Of a DNA stretch of 64,000 nt, positions 25,175 through 34,793 are shown piece after piece. Position numbers and translations under genes: made by a program. The notes under the pieces are model-generated. The model was not told where the DNA came from and did no database searches. It saw only the letters and a program-made list of their open reading frames with translations. This stretch comes from Clostridia bacterium (GTDB taxonomy: Bacteria > Bacillota > Clostridia > TANB77 > CAG-465). Within the stretch, counting starts at the first letter, position 1, and the number at the start of each line of letters is the position of its first letter. The DNA lies in assembly GCA_036660635.1 (NCBI GenBank), contig JAVXAF010000001.1:17857-81856 (forward strand), read 5' to 3'.

Positions 25175-26350
25175 TTATTTTACGACTGCATTTGTTAAAT
25201 TTAAGATTATTCCAGTTGATATTATAAAAATAATATCAACTCCTATTAAGATTCCAAATATTGTTTTATATGTGTTTAAAAAGCCATTAATAAACTTATT
25301 AATATTATCATCTTTAATTATAGGTTCAATTACAATGCTAAGTAAAAAATATATTATTACAACACTTCCTATTTTAATTATAGGTAGTATGCTAACTAAA
25401 ATTATACCAATTATTCCAATTGTCCCTCCAACATTGCTGACCACTTTGCTAGCCCCTACTACCGCTTCAAAGCTATCAGAGAAGAACTTTCCTACTACTG
25501 GTACAAAGTTAGACACAGCTGCTTGTGTTGTCTTTACAGCAAGTGAATCTACTGAACTTGTAAGAGATGTTTCAAGCGATAAAACCCCTAAAAAAATCGT
25601 CAAGCTAACTCCTATTATCCACATTGCAGCTAAGTTAAAAGCTTTTGCAGCTTTACTTAGCCTTATATTTTCTGATACTGAACATATAACGTTAATTGCA
25701 ACCGATATGCTAAGAAATGGTATTACTACATAGTTAATCAAAAGTCCAATAAAACTAGCTAAAAACAATAGCATTGGTTGTATTATGCCTATGCTTGTTA
25801 TTGCTCCTGTTGCAACTAACATTCCCATCATAAAAGGTGATATTACTTGCATTAATGTTGTAAGTGACAATACTACATTTTTAAATACATTTACCACCTC
25901 TACAAAACTAGTTATTGTTATAGTGGAGAGTACTAAAAAGCATGCTAAATTGGCTATTTTTGTAATATCGCTATTTTTTTCTATTTCAAAGCTTGAGATA
26001 AGAGCCATTATAACAAAAATCAAAAATATTGTTATTGCACCTCTTGCTGCTACTACCACTTCCTTAAAAAATAAAGCAATAAACTTCGAAAATATATTGC
26101 CACAGTCTAATTTGTTTTGACTAAATAATCCTTTAGAAATATCTACTATATCTATATCTTTTATTCCTTGCTTTTTTACATACTCATCTATTTTACTTAT
26201 ATATTCATTTATTTCATAGTCTTGTCCTACTTTTTTTGTTGTATTTTCTAAAAGTGCGTTTGAATCGTTATTTACGTCCTCATTTGCTTTAACTGTTTGC
26301 ATACAAAGCAAAATAATTATTAACAAAAAAGATATGATTTTTTTCTTCAT
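25175..26350 (-). CDS. spoIIIAE: Stage III sporulation protein AE
   Basis: 391-aa polytopic membrane protein at the expected operon position. Confidence 0.8.
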   Translation of the reverse strand: MKKKIISFLLIIILLCMQTVKANEDVNNDSNALLENTTKKVGQDYEINEYISKIDEYVKKQGIKDIDIVDISKGLFSQNKLDCGNIFSKFIALFFKEVVVAARGAITIFLIFVIMALISSFEIEKNSDITKIANLACFLVLSTITITSFVEVVNVFKNVVLSLTTLMQVISPFMMGMLVATGAITSIGIIQPMLLFLASFIGLLINYVVIPFLSISVAINVICSVSENIRLSKAAKAFNLAAMWIIGVSLTIFLGVLSLETSLTSSVDSLAVKTTQAAVSNFVPVVGKFFSDSFEAVVGASKVVSNVGGTIGIIGIILVSILPIIKIGSVVIIYFLLSIVIEPIIKDDNINKFINGFLNTYKTIFGILIGVDIIFIISTGIILNLTNAVVK

Positions 26351-26353
26351 ATT

Positions 26354-26746
26354 TTATACCAGTCCCGTCAATACATTTACAAGTGCACTAATAAGAGGAA
26401 TAGAAAGACTTACTATTAAAACTTTACCAGTCATTTCTAGTTTTGTTGCTATTGCACTTTGCCCTGAGTCTATGCAGATATTTTTCCCAAATTCAACTAT
26501 ATAAGCTATAGCAGTTACTTTTAAAATTATATTTAAAAACTCTTTATTCATTCCGGATTTTTCAACTAGCTCATTTAACATGTCTATAATAGGTAGCATT
26601 TTTGAAAGAGCAAATATCATTATTCCAAGACAAGCAAAAATAGTAAGAATAAGTGCCATTTCTTTTTTTTGTTCATTTAAAATAATTATTAATACAACTG
26701 ATATTATAGCAAATCCTACTACTTTTAATATTTCCATTTTTTTCAC
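26354..26746 (-). CDS. spoIIIAD: Stage III sporulation protein AD
   Basis: 130-aa, 4-TM protein at the expected operon position. Confidence 0.8.
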   Translation of the reverse strand: MKKMEILKVVGFAIISVVLIIILNEQKKEMALILTIFACLGIMIFALSKMLPIIDMLNELVEKSGMNKEFLNIILKVTAIAYIVEFGKNICIDSGQSAIATKLEMTGKVLIVSLSIPLISALVNVLTGLV

Positions 26747-26941
26747 CTACAACTTAAATACTGTTCTAACAGTTTCAAATAAATCACTTATCTTAGTTAT
26801 TACAAGCATCAGTACAATAATTAAACCTGTAAGAGTCGTCATCATAGCTTGGTCTTCCCTACCTGCTTTTGTAAGTACTTGTGATAAAACTGCAACTAAA
26901 ATTCCAATTCCAGCTATTTTAAATAACAAATCAATATCCAT
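26747..26941 (-). CDS. spoIIIAC: Stage III sporulation protein AC
   Basis: 64-aa, 2-TM protein. Confidence 0.8.
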   Translation of the reverse strand: MDIDLLFKIAGIGILVAVLSQVLTKAGREDQAMMTTLTGLIIVLMLVITKISDLFETVRTVFKL

Positions 26942-26953
26942 GTTTTTCCTCCA

Positions 26954-27493
26954 TTATATAAATACAACAACTATCATAAGACCAGTTATCATTCCAACCG
27001 TCTTATATACTTTAGAGCTTTTAAGTTTGATCTCATTTGCTTCGGCTATTTGATTTTCTATTATAGTTATAGTGTTTTCTATAATATTTATTTGCCCATC
27101 CACATCACTTCTGCCTAGGTTTTTAAGTGTAGCTGAAAATATATTTTTGTCATAATTGCTAAGGCTGTCGATACTATAAACATTATTTACAATGCTTGTT
27201 TCTATAAAATTTAATGAGTTTTCATATTTTAACATATCAATTACAATATTAGATATTTTTAAATTAAGTTCACTGCTTAATTTATGTCTGGCTGACTCAT
27301 AAGCATTGGGTAAGATTGCTCTCATATACAAAATTTCATTTTTAACAAGTTTTAAAAAACTTACCATATCCCTTAAAATATATTCTCTATTTTTAAGTTT
27401 TTCTGCCTTCATATTTCCAATATATGTAGTTATAGCAATTATTCCAACTGATAGTACTATTTTATATATTAACACTAAACCGCCTCCAAACAT
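26954..27493 (-). CDS. spoIIIAB: Stage III sporulation protein AB
   Basis: Operon position; GspF-like fold protein. Confidence 0.75.
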   Translation of the reverse strand: MFGGGLVLIYKIVLSVGIIAITTYIGNMKAEKLKNREYILRDMVSFLKLVKNEILYMRAILPNAYESARHKLSSELNLKISNIVIDMLKYENSLNFIETSIVNNVYSIDSLSNYDKNIFSATLKNLGRSDVDGQINIIENTITIIENQIAEANEIKLKSSKVYKTVGMITGLMIVVVFI

Positions 27494-28386
27494 TTATTAG
27501 TTATTCTATGAATTTTTTCAATTGTTCCGGGACCATTTTTATTTGATAATATTACAACAACGTCAAAAAGACCTTCACTAAATAATTCTTTTATACCATC
27601 TTTTTTAATTACATCTTCTAAATTTCTTCCATGCATTGTAAATATAAGTCCTACCCCACTAAGGCTTGCATATTTTATAGCTTCAAGATCATTTTTAGAT
27701 CCTATCTCATCAGTTGCAATAACGTTAATTCCCATACTTCTAACTAACATTTCCATACCAATATATTTAGGACAATTCGAGATTACATCTGTTCTTACCC
27801 CAACATCTAAATTTATCCTTCCATTATTAACACAAGCAAGTTCTCCTCTTTCGTCTACTAAACCAATATTCATGCCATCGAATTCAAGTCTTTTAACACC
27901 AGAGCTTATTTGCCTTATTGTGTCTCTTAGCATAGTGGTTTTTCCACATCCCGGAGGAGATACAATAAGAGTATTTAAAACCTTTCCTTCATTTATTATA
28001 TTATTAACTAAAATATCAGCACATCCAATAAGCTGTCTTGCCACTCTTATATTCATACTATTTATATTTTTAATATTTTTTACTTTCTCATCTTGTAAAA
28101 TAACTTCTCCGCAAATACCAATTCTATGTCCTCCGTTTATAACAACAAATCCATTATTTATATCATTTTGTATGGCATATATAGAATTTCTAGAAACTTT
28201 TACTAAAATCTCAAGTAAATCTTTAAGTTCTATAATATACTCTAAAAAAATCTCAATATTAGCAGTAAGCACAACTGTACGTCTTCCTACTCTTAATCTA
28301 ATTTCTGTTATATAGTCTGTTGTACCAATATTATTTACCTGATATGCAAGCTTTTCTGGTAAAACTTTTAAAATTTCATTTAACAT
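27475..28386 (-). CDS. spoIIIAA: Stage III sporulation protein AA (secretion-ATPase-like)
   Basis: Walker A SPPGCGKTTMLRD; first gene of the operon. Confidence 0.85.
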   Translation of the reverse strand: MLNEILKVLPEKLAYQVNNIGTTDYITEIRLRVGRRTVVLTANIEIFLEYIIELKDLLEILVKVSRNSIYAIQNDINNGFVVINGGHRIGICGEVILQDEKVKNIKNINSMNIRVARQLIGCADILVNNIINEGKVLNTLIVSPPGCGKTTMLRDTIRQISSGVKRLEFDGMNIGLVDERGELACVNNGRINLDVGVRTDVISNCPKYIGMEMLVRSMGINVIATDEIGSKNDLEAIKYASLSGVGLIFTMHGRNLEDVIKKDGIKELFSEGLFDVVVILSNKNGPGTIEKIHRITNKCLEAV

Positions 28387-28580
28387 ATTATCACCTTTTA
28401 TTTATATATACTTTATATAATATTTTACTTACAATAATTGTAGAAATATGCATAGCTATTTTAAAAATATTATCTAGTTTTAGCAAAAAATGTTTTTTGA
28501 TTTTAGACACCAAAAAAGTGGCTTTTTGCAAAGCCACTTTTAAATTTACTTTTTCATATTCTTTTTTATTTTAATTAGTT

Positions 28581-31500
28581 TTACATTTCAAACAAATCCA
28601 TTATTTCTTCTTTACTCATTTTATTAATAAAAGTTTCACCTTCTTGTATAATAGAATTTGTTAGATCCATTTTCTTTTCTTGAATTGACTGTATCTTTTC
28701 TTCTATACTATTTTGTACAATAAGTTTAAATACTTGTACATTACTCCTTTGACCTATTCTATACGCTCTATCAGTTGCTTGATTTTGTACAGATAAATTC
28801 CACCAAGGATCATAATGTATTACTATATCTGCCCCAGTCAAGTTAAGGCCTGTTCCACCTGCTTTTAATGATATTAAAAATACAGATATTTCTTTATTTT
28901 TATTGAATTCATCTACAATTGCACTTCTTGTATCTGCTTTAGTTTGCCCAGTAAGCACAGAAAAAATAATATCTCTTTTCTCAAATTCTTCAATTATAAT
29001 ATTTAGCATTGAAGTAAATTGTGAAAACAACAATATTTTATGACCTGATTTTATAGCCTCTTCAACAAGTTCTATACACTGATTTAATTTAGACGATTCC
29101 AAATCATAGTCATCTAAAAAAAGTGATGGATGACAACATATTTGTCTAAGTCTTGTGATAAGTGAAAGAATTTTCATTTGACTTTTCTCAAAACCATTTA
29201 TTTCAATTTCTTGTTTCATTTCTTCTTTTGCTTTAGCCAAGAATACCTTATACAATTTTTCTTGTGCCTCACCCATTTTACTGTATAAAACAGTTTCTGT
29301 CTTTTCTGGAAGCTCTTTTAAAACTTCTTTTTTTATTCTTCTTAAAATAAATGGAGCAACCAACTTTTGAAGTCTTTGCATTGCACTTGAATCATTTTCT
29401 TTTATTATTAACGTTTCAAATTCATCTTTAAACTTTTTATAGCTAAATAAATATCCTGGCATTATATAATCAAATATAGACCAAAGTTCAGATAGAGAAT
29501 TTTCAATTGGGGTTCCTGTAAGTGCAAATCTATTTTTTCCTTTAATTTTCTTTAAAGCTTTAGCATTTTTTGTATTGTTATTTTTTATATACTGAGCTTC
29601 GTCAGCAATAACATACTTAAATGTAATATCTTTATATTCTTCTATATCTCTTTTTAATAAATCATACGACGTAATTACAATATCACATGATTTACATTTT
29701 TTAATCAGATCAGCTCTTTGAGATGTAGTGCCCGATACTACAAGTATATCAAGTTGTGGTGCAAATCTATTTATTTCTTTTTGCCAATTTATGTATAGTG
29801 AACTTGGGCATACAACAATTGAACTTTGACCAGATTGTTTTTTTTCATCTAGTAAAAGTGCTATAACTTGAATTGTTTTTCCAAGTCCCATATCATCGGC
29901 AAGTATGCCTCCAAGACCAAATGAACTTAAAGTTTTAAGCCAGTTGTAGCCTGTTTTTTGATATCCTCTAAGTACATTTTCAAGAGACTTAGGTACATCA
30001 AAATTAGTTTCAAAAACGTTATTTATACTATCAACTAATTCATTAAACTCATCATCTTTTTTTATTTCGATTTTTTCTTTATTAATTATATTGTCAAAAT
30101 ATACGGCTCTATATTTTGGTACACTTATTTTACCATCTATTATATCTTTTTCACTAAGATCTAAATTATCAGCTATAGACACTAATGTATCAACAACAGG
30201 AGAGTCTAAATTTATAAAATCTCCAGATTTTAATCTATAATATTTTTTCTTTAGCTTGTACTTTTTAAATATTTCTTTTAAATCATTTTCTTCAAATCTT
30301 AGCTCGCCTAAATCCACATCTAATAAATCATTTTCTATTCTTACACCCATATTAAGCATTCTAGGATTAAGTATTTTTCTATTTCTTAATTTATCAGTAA
30401 CTAAAACTTCAAAATTTTCAGTAAACTCCGTTACGCCTTCTTTTAAAAAATTGTATATATCTTCTTCATTACTTATATATATAATATTTTTAGTAAAATT
30501 AATCATAAATTTATATTTTTTAAATAAATTTTTAGCCTTTGCCTCTTTTAATTTATTTCTATTGCACTTTATAATAGCTACTTTATCAAATGGATTAAAC
30601 TCAAAGTCTCCATATATAAAGTTTACTTGAGAAATAATATCAGCCTTTGAATTTGTATCTAAATATACTTTTACTCTGAGATTTTCAGCTTTGAACTTAT
30701 CTAGTAGTTCATCTTTTACAGAAAGTCTTGTATATTTTCTAAGATTAGGAACAATATACTCACAAAAGCTAGTAGCATTATTGTTAGAAATTTTTAATAT
30801 TTCTTCTTTTTTTGTAATAAACTCCCTAAGGACAGGAATTACTTTTTCTAAATAATCGTTACTGCATCTATGTAGTTTATCTTTATATAATATGTATGAG
30901 TAATCTTGACCATCAAATATATAATACTCTTGAATATCTCTTATAATTTTAATTCCATCCTCATCAGAATCCATCTCAATTTCTATACTTGGATTTTCAT
31001 TAATAAGAGTTACAGCACCATAACTTTTTTCATAGTCATAACCAAATATTTGTATCTTTGTATTTAGCATTATATCAAAAAACTCATCTAATGCTCCATA
31101 TTTTATTTTAAGATAACTTTTATATCTTTTTGGTGTAGTTAACTGAGTAGTAGAAAGTTTAGTAAACTCCATATATTCTGAAATTTTCTTTGTTATATAT
31201 TTTGCAATATTTTTAGAGTCTTCCTCAAAAGCATCAATAGAATGTATAAATTCCAAATTTTTGCCATACTTTACTTTTTCGCCTTGTCTCATAGCTTGCG
31301 CAAATTTATATATATCATGTAAAATATACATCTTATCTGTACCTATTTTAAAAGATATTTCTAAATCTTTATCCATATTTGAAAGTTCAATCATTGGTTC
31401 AATCTTAACTCTTTTATCTTTTAAATTACTACTCATTTCTAAGTTTTCATAATAGGCCACTAAACCATCATTTTCGATTTTTTCATTTTTAATATCTTTA

Positions 31501-31868
31501 TATGATTTACTTTGCATAACTTCATCATCAAATTTACCATACTTGCTATTTTTTGAATAATTAATATAATCATCTTGATTTATATACATATTAAAAGCTA
31601 CAGCAATTACATGTTTACAAGGTGTAAGCTTTTTGCAAGCTCCTGGGCACTCACATTTATATGATAGAATTCCTTTTTGCTTTTTAAACTCAATTTCATA
31701 TATATATGTTCCCTCGACATATGACTTTGCAATGTAGTTATCATCAGATATATAATTAAAATATGCAATTTTAACTCTCGACTGCTCAAAATATTTTTTA
31801 CCTCTATTAGTTACGTCATTTCCAGCATTATTTATTAGTTTATTTATCTCTTCTGCAGTTATTAACAT
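28581..31868 (-). CDS. SNF2-family helicase with an N-terminal SWIM zinc finger
   Basis: CECPGACKKLTPCKHVIAV (SWIM), then LADDMGLGKTIQ and the helicase C motifs. Confidence 0.85.
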   Translation of the reverse strand: MLITAEEINKLINNAGNDVTNRGKKYFEQSRVKIAYFNYISDDNYIAKSYVEGTYIYEIEFKKQKGILSYKCECPGACKKLTPCKHVIAVAFNMYINQDDYINYSKNSKYGKFDDEVMQSKSYKDIKNEKIENDGLVAYYENLEMSSNLKDKRVKIEPMIELSNMDKDLEISFKIGTDKMYILHDIYKFAQAMRQGEKVKYGKNLEFIHSIDAFEEDSKNIAKYITKKISEYMEFTKLSTTQLTTPKRYKSYLKIKYGALDEFFDIMLNTKIQIFGYDYEKSYGAVTLINENPSIEIEMDSDEDGIKIIRDIQEYYIFDGQDYSYILYKDKLHRCSNDYLEKVIPVLREFITKKEEILKISNNNATSFCEYIVPNLRKYTRLSVKDELLDKFKAENLRVKVYLDTNSKADIISQVNFIYGDFEFNPFDKVAIIKCNRNKLKEAKAKNLFKKYKFMINFTKNIIYISNEEDIYNFLKEGVTEFTENFEVLVTDKLRNRKILNPRMLNMGVRIENDLLDVDLGELRFEENDLKEIFKKYKLKKKYYRLKSGDFINLDSPVVDTLVSIADNLDLSEKDIIDGKISVPKYRAVYFDNIINKEKIEIKKDDEFNELVDSINNVFETNFDVPKSLENVLRGYQKTGYNWLKTLSSFGLGGILADDMGLGKTIQVIALLLDEKKQSGQSSIVVCPSSLYINWQKEINRFAPQLDILVVSGTTSQRADLIKKCKSCDIVITSYDLLKRDIEEYKDITFKYVIADEAQYIKNNNTKNAKALKKIKGKNRFALTGTPIENSLSELWSIFDYIMPGYLFSYKKFKDEFETLIIKENDSSAMQRLQKLVAPFILRRIKKEVLKELPEKTETVLYSKMGEAQEKLYKVFLAKAKEEMKQEIEINGFEKSQMKILSLITRLRQICCHPSLFLDDYDLESSKLNQCIELVEEAIKSGHKILLFSQFTSMLNIIIEEFEKRDIIFSVLTGQTKADTRSAIVDEFNKNKEISVFLISLKAGGTGLNLTGADIVIHYDPWWNLSVQNQATDRAYRIGQRSNVQVFKLIVQNSIEEKIQSIQEKKMDLTNSIIQEGETFINKMSKEEIMDLFEM

Positions 31869-31883
31869 TTTTTTCTCCTAATC

Positions 31884-33524
31884 TTATTTTAAATTTGCTT
31901 TTATTACATCCCATATATCATTTGTCTCAAAACCTTTTCTCCAACCAGTTATTCCAGCAAGATTATATTTATTTACAGTTTCAACCCTTTTTTTAACAGA
32001 GTTTGAATCTTCTATCCAAAGTTTATATTTTAAATTTCCTTTTGTAGTCTCAACATAATTTTGACCTGCATCTTCATCCCATACCGGAGTTACATTATAT
32101 TTGTCAATAAACTCTAGACAATTTTTCATAGTATATATATTGGTAGATAATGAGCCATCATCTATTTTTTCGCTCCATAATCTAGTATAAAATGGTATTC
32201 CCAAAATTATTTGTTTAGGATTAATACCTGAGTCTTTTATAAGAGAATCTATATTTGATTCAACCCAAGATACCTCGGCTATTGATCCTGCCTCAGATGA
32301 CCAAGCACCTCTATGATCATATCCCATTAATACTATATAGTCTGTTGCCTGTCCTATATTTTTTCTATCTATGTAAGCAACAAAATACATATCAACAGAA
32401 ACTTTAACTCCCTGAGTCCTTAACATAGGTGCAAGCTCTTTTATAAACTGAGTATAAATATCTCTATCTTCTGTTTTCATTGCTTCAAAGTCAATATTAA
32501 TTCCTTCAAACTTATTTTCTTTTGCTATAGCCACAAGATTTTTGATAAATTGCTCTCTATTATATTCACTATTTAACATTGCTGATGTATCATCAGATGA
32601 ATATGTAGTAGAATCAATGCCATTTGTTATTATAGGCCAAATTTGATATCCCATTTCTTTAGCATGAGATGCATAATCTTTACTATACTTAGAAGATATG
32701 TCACCTTTTGAATTTTTAAGCTCATACCATGTAGGTGATACCACATCTACCCCTTCAATTTTTTTTGCTCCTAAAGTATCCAAATCGCTTCCATATTGCC
32801 AAAACATTGTAATTTTCTCATCTTGTTTTAAATCTTTTTTACTATCAGATTTTTCATCCTCTTTTGCCAGTAAATTTCCATCTATATTATTTTTAGCTAT
32901 ATATCCAATAACGCCTGAATCTGTTTTTATTTTATACCATCTATTATGTTTAAAGCTTTGTGTATATACTGTTACTTTATTATTTTTGTTAATTGTTTGT
33001 AGTACTGGAGATTTTGTATTATAGTCTTTATATACATTCACCATATTATATAATATATTAATATCACCTGCAGAAATCTTATCAATAGATACTGTATTAG
33101 TTTCTTCATTATATGAAATTTTTATATTATATATATCTTTTAAAAGATTAATATCAACATATGGTTGTCCATTTTTCAACTTTGCTGGAGTATTAATATC
33201 TGAGTACTCAAAGTTTTTAGACATCTTATTTTCATTTATTTTAAACTTAACAACATCAGTTTTGGTAGTTACTATTACTTTAGTTGCAATTTTATCATAA
33301 AAGATTTCTTCATCTATTACCTTTGAAATTGTATCAACTCCAATATATATTCCACCATTTTCAATAAATGGATTATACTCTGTTAGTATATTATCTCCAA
33401 AAACGACAAGATTTGATGCTTCTTTCACACTTGATTTTCCATCTATTTTTATACACAAAAATATAATTAAAATAAGTATTAATAACACACCTGCATATTT
33501 TAATCTTTTTAAATTTTCTACCAT
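31884..33524 (-). CDS. Membrane-anchored glycoside hydrolase family 18 protein (possible spore peptidoglycan hydrolase)
   Basis: GH18 catalytic motif FEGINIDFEAM; N-terminal signal anchor. Confidence 0.6.
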   Translation of the reverse strand: MVENLKRLKYAGVLLILILIIFLCIKIDGKSSVKEASNLVVFGDNILTEYNPFIENGGIYIGVDTISKVIDEEIFYDKIATKVIVTTKTDVVKFKINENKMSKNFEYSDINTPAKLKNGQPYVDINLLKDIYNIKISYNEETNTVSIDKISAGDINILYNMVNVYKDYNTKSPVLQTINKNNKVTVYTQSFKHNRWYKIKTDSGVIGYIAKNNIDGNLLAKEDEKSDSKKDLKQDEKITMFWQYGSDLDTLGAKKIEGVDVVSPTWYELKNSKGDISSKYSKDYASHAKEMGYQIWPIITNGIDSTTYSSDDTSAMLNSEYNREQFIKNLVAIAKENKFEGINIDFEAMKTEDRDIYTQFIKELAPMLRTQGVKVSVDMYFVAYIDRKNIGQATDYIVLMGYDHRGAWSSEAGSIAEVSWVESNIDSLIKDSGINPKQIILGIPFYTRLWSEKIDDGSLSTNIYTMKNCLEFIDKYNVTPVWDEDAGQNYVETTKGNLKYKLWIEDSNSVKKRVETVNKYNLAGITGWRKGFETNDIWDVIKANLK

Positions 33525-33735
33525 ATATCCACCTATACTTTCTTATACATTAATCAACTTTTATTATACACTATTTTTCATGATTTGTGAACAGCTTTGA
33601 GCAAATTTTGCATATAATTTAAGAATCTGTTTTCAACTACTTAAAAATCAATCTGTACTATAATTATAAATTATAGAAAGCATTTTAAAGGTTATATTTA
33701 TTAAACCTTCAAAATGCTTTGTTTTTTACTTTATA

Positions 33736-34770
33736 TTATAATTCATTTTCTATCAATTGAGATATAATTTTACTATACGATAATCCACTATTTACTAACA
33801 TCATAGGATACATACTACTATTTGTAAATCCTGGCATTGTATTTACTTCATTAAAATATATATTTTCTCCTTGTACAAAAAAGTCTATTCTTGATAGTGA
33901 AGAAAGATTTAATATTTCAAATATTTTTTTTGAGTACTCCCTTATTTTTTCCACTTGCTCATTAGATATATTAGCCAATATATCTACATGCGATTTTCCA
34001 TTATTATACTTCGCATTAAAGTCATAAAGTTCATTTGCAGAAGTTATTTCACCTGGAAGTGAAACAAAAATAGTGTCATTTTTAATATCTTGTAAAACGG
34101 CACACTCAACCTCTTTTCTATCATCTATATACTTTTCAATTAATATGCTATTATCAAAATTTAGTGAATAGCTAATTGCCTCTTTAAGTTTTGAAACTTC
34201 ATTCACTTTTACAAGTCCATAGGAAGATCCTTCTTTATTTGGCTTTACTATTAATGGGAAATTCAACTTTTTTTCTACACTAGATGCAAAGTCTTTATAT
34301 TCTTGTTTATTCAATTTACTAAACTTTGCTTTACTAATTTGAATATAATTGACTACTTTTATACCTGTATTTTCAACAAGTTTTTTTGTCAAAGTTTTAT
34401 CAATGGCTATTGCACTTCCTAAGACTTTGCATCCAACATAATTTATTTTAGCAAGTTCAAATAATCCTTGTATAGTACCATCTTCGCCATATTTTCCATG
34501 AAGTACAGGAAAAGCAACTCTATATTTTTTTAAATGTGTTAATATATCATTGATTTTTATTTTATTTTTAACATCACTCATCCATTTATTTTCTTTTATA
34601 TTTAATAAATCACCTGTATATACATACCAAATTCCATCTTTATCTATCCCAATTTTATCAACATTATATTTTTCCATATCAATATTTTGTAGTATGCTTG
34701 CTGCTGAAATACAAGACACTTCATGCTCTGAGGACATAGAACCGAAAATTATTGCAATATCTATTTTCAT
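33736..34770 (-). CDS. ddl: D-alanine--D-alanine ligase
   Basis: MKIDIAIIFGSMSSEHEVSCISA, with an ATP-grasp C-terminal half. Confidence 0.9.
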   Translation of the reverse strand: MKIDIAIIFGSMSSEHEVSCISAASILQNIDMEKYNVDKIGIDKDGIWYVYTGDLLNIKENKWMSDVKNKIKINDILTHLKKYRVAFPVLHGKYGEDGTIQGLFELAKINYVGCKVLGSAIAIDKTLTKKLVENTGIKVVNYIQISKAKFSKLNKQEYKDFASSVEKKLNFPLIVKPNKEGSSYGLVKVNEVSKLKEAISYSLNFDNSILIEKYIDDRKEVECAVLQDIKNDTIFVSLPGEITSANELYDFNAKYNNGKSHVDILANISNEQVEKIREYSKKIFEILNLSSLSRIDFFVQGENIYFNEVNTMPGFTNSSMYPMMLVNSGLSYSKIISQLIENEL

Positions 34771-34793
34771 TTATATATCTCCTTTTTAATAAA

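Noticed and set aside
31884-33524. Calling the GH18 protein a chitinase
   Set aside because: Only the DxDxE-type catalytic motif is recognisable. In a sporulation context it could equally be a YdhD/YaaH-like cortex hydrolase, so it is left generic.
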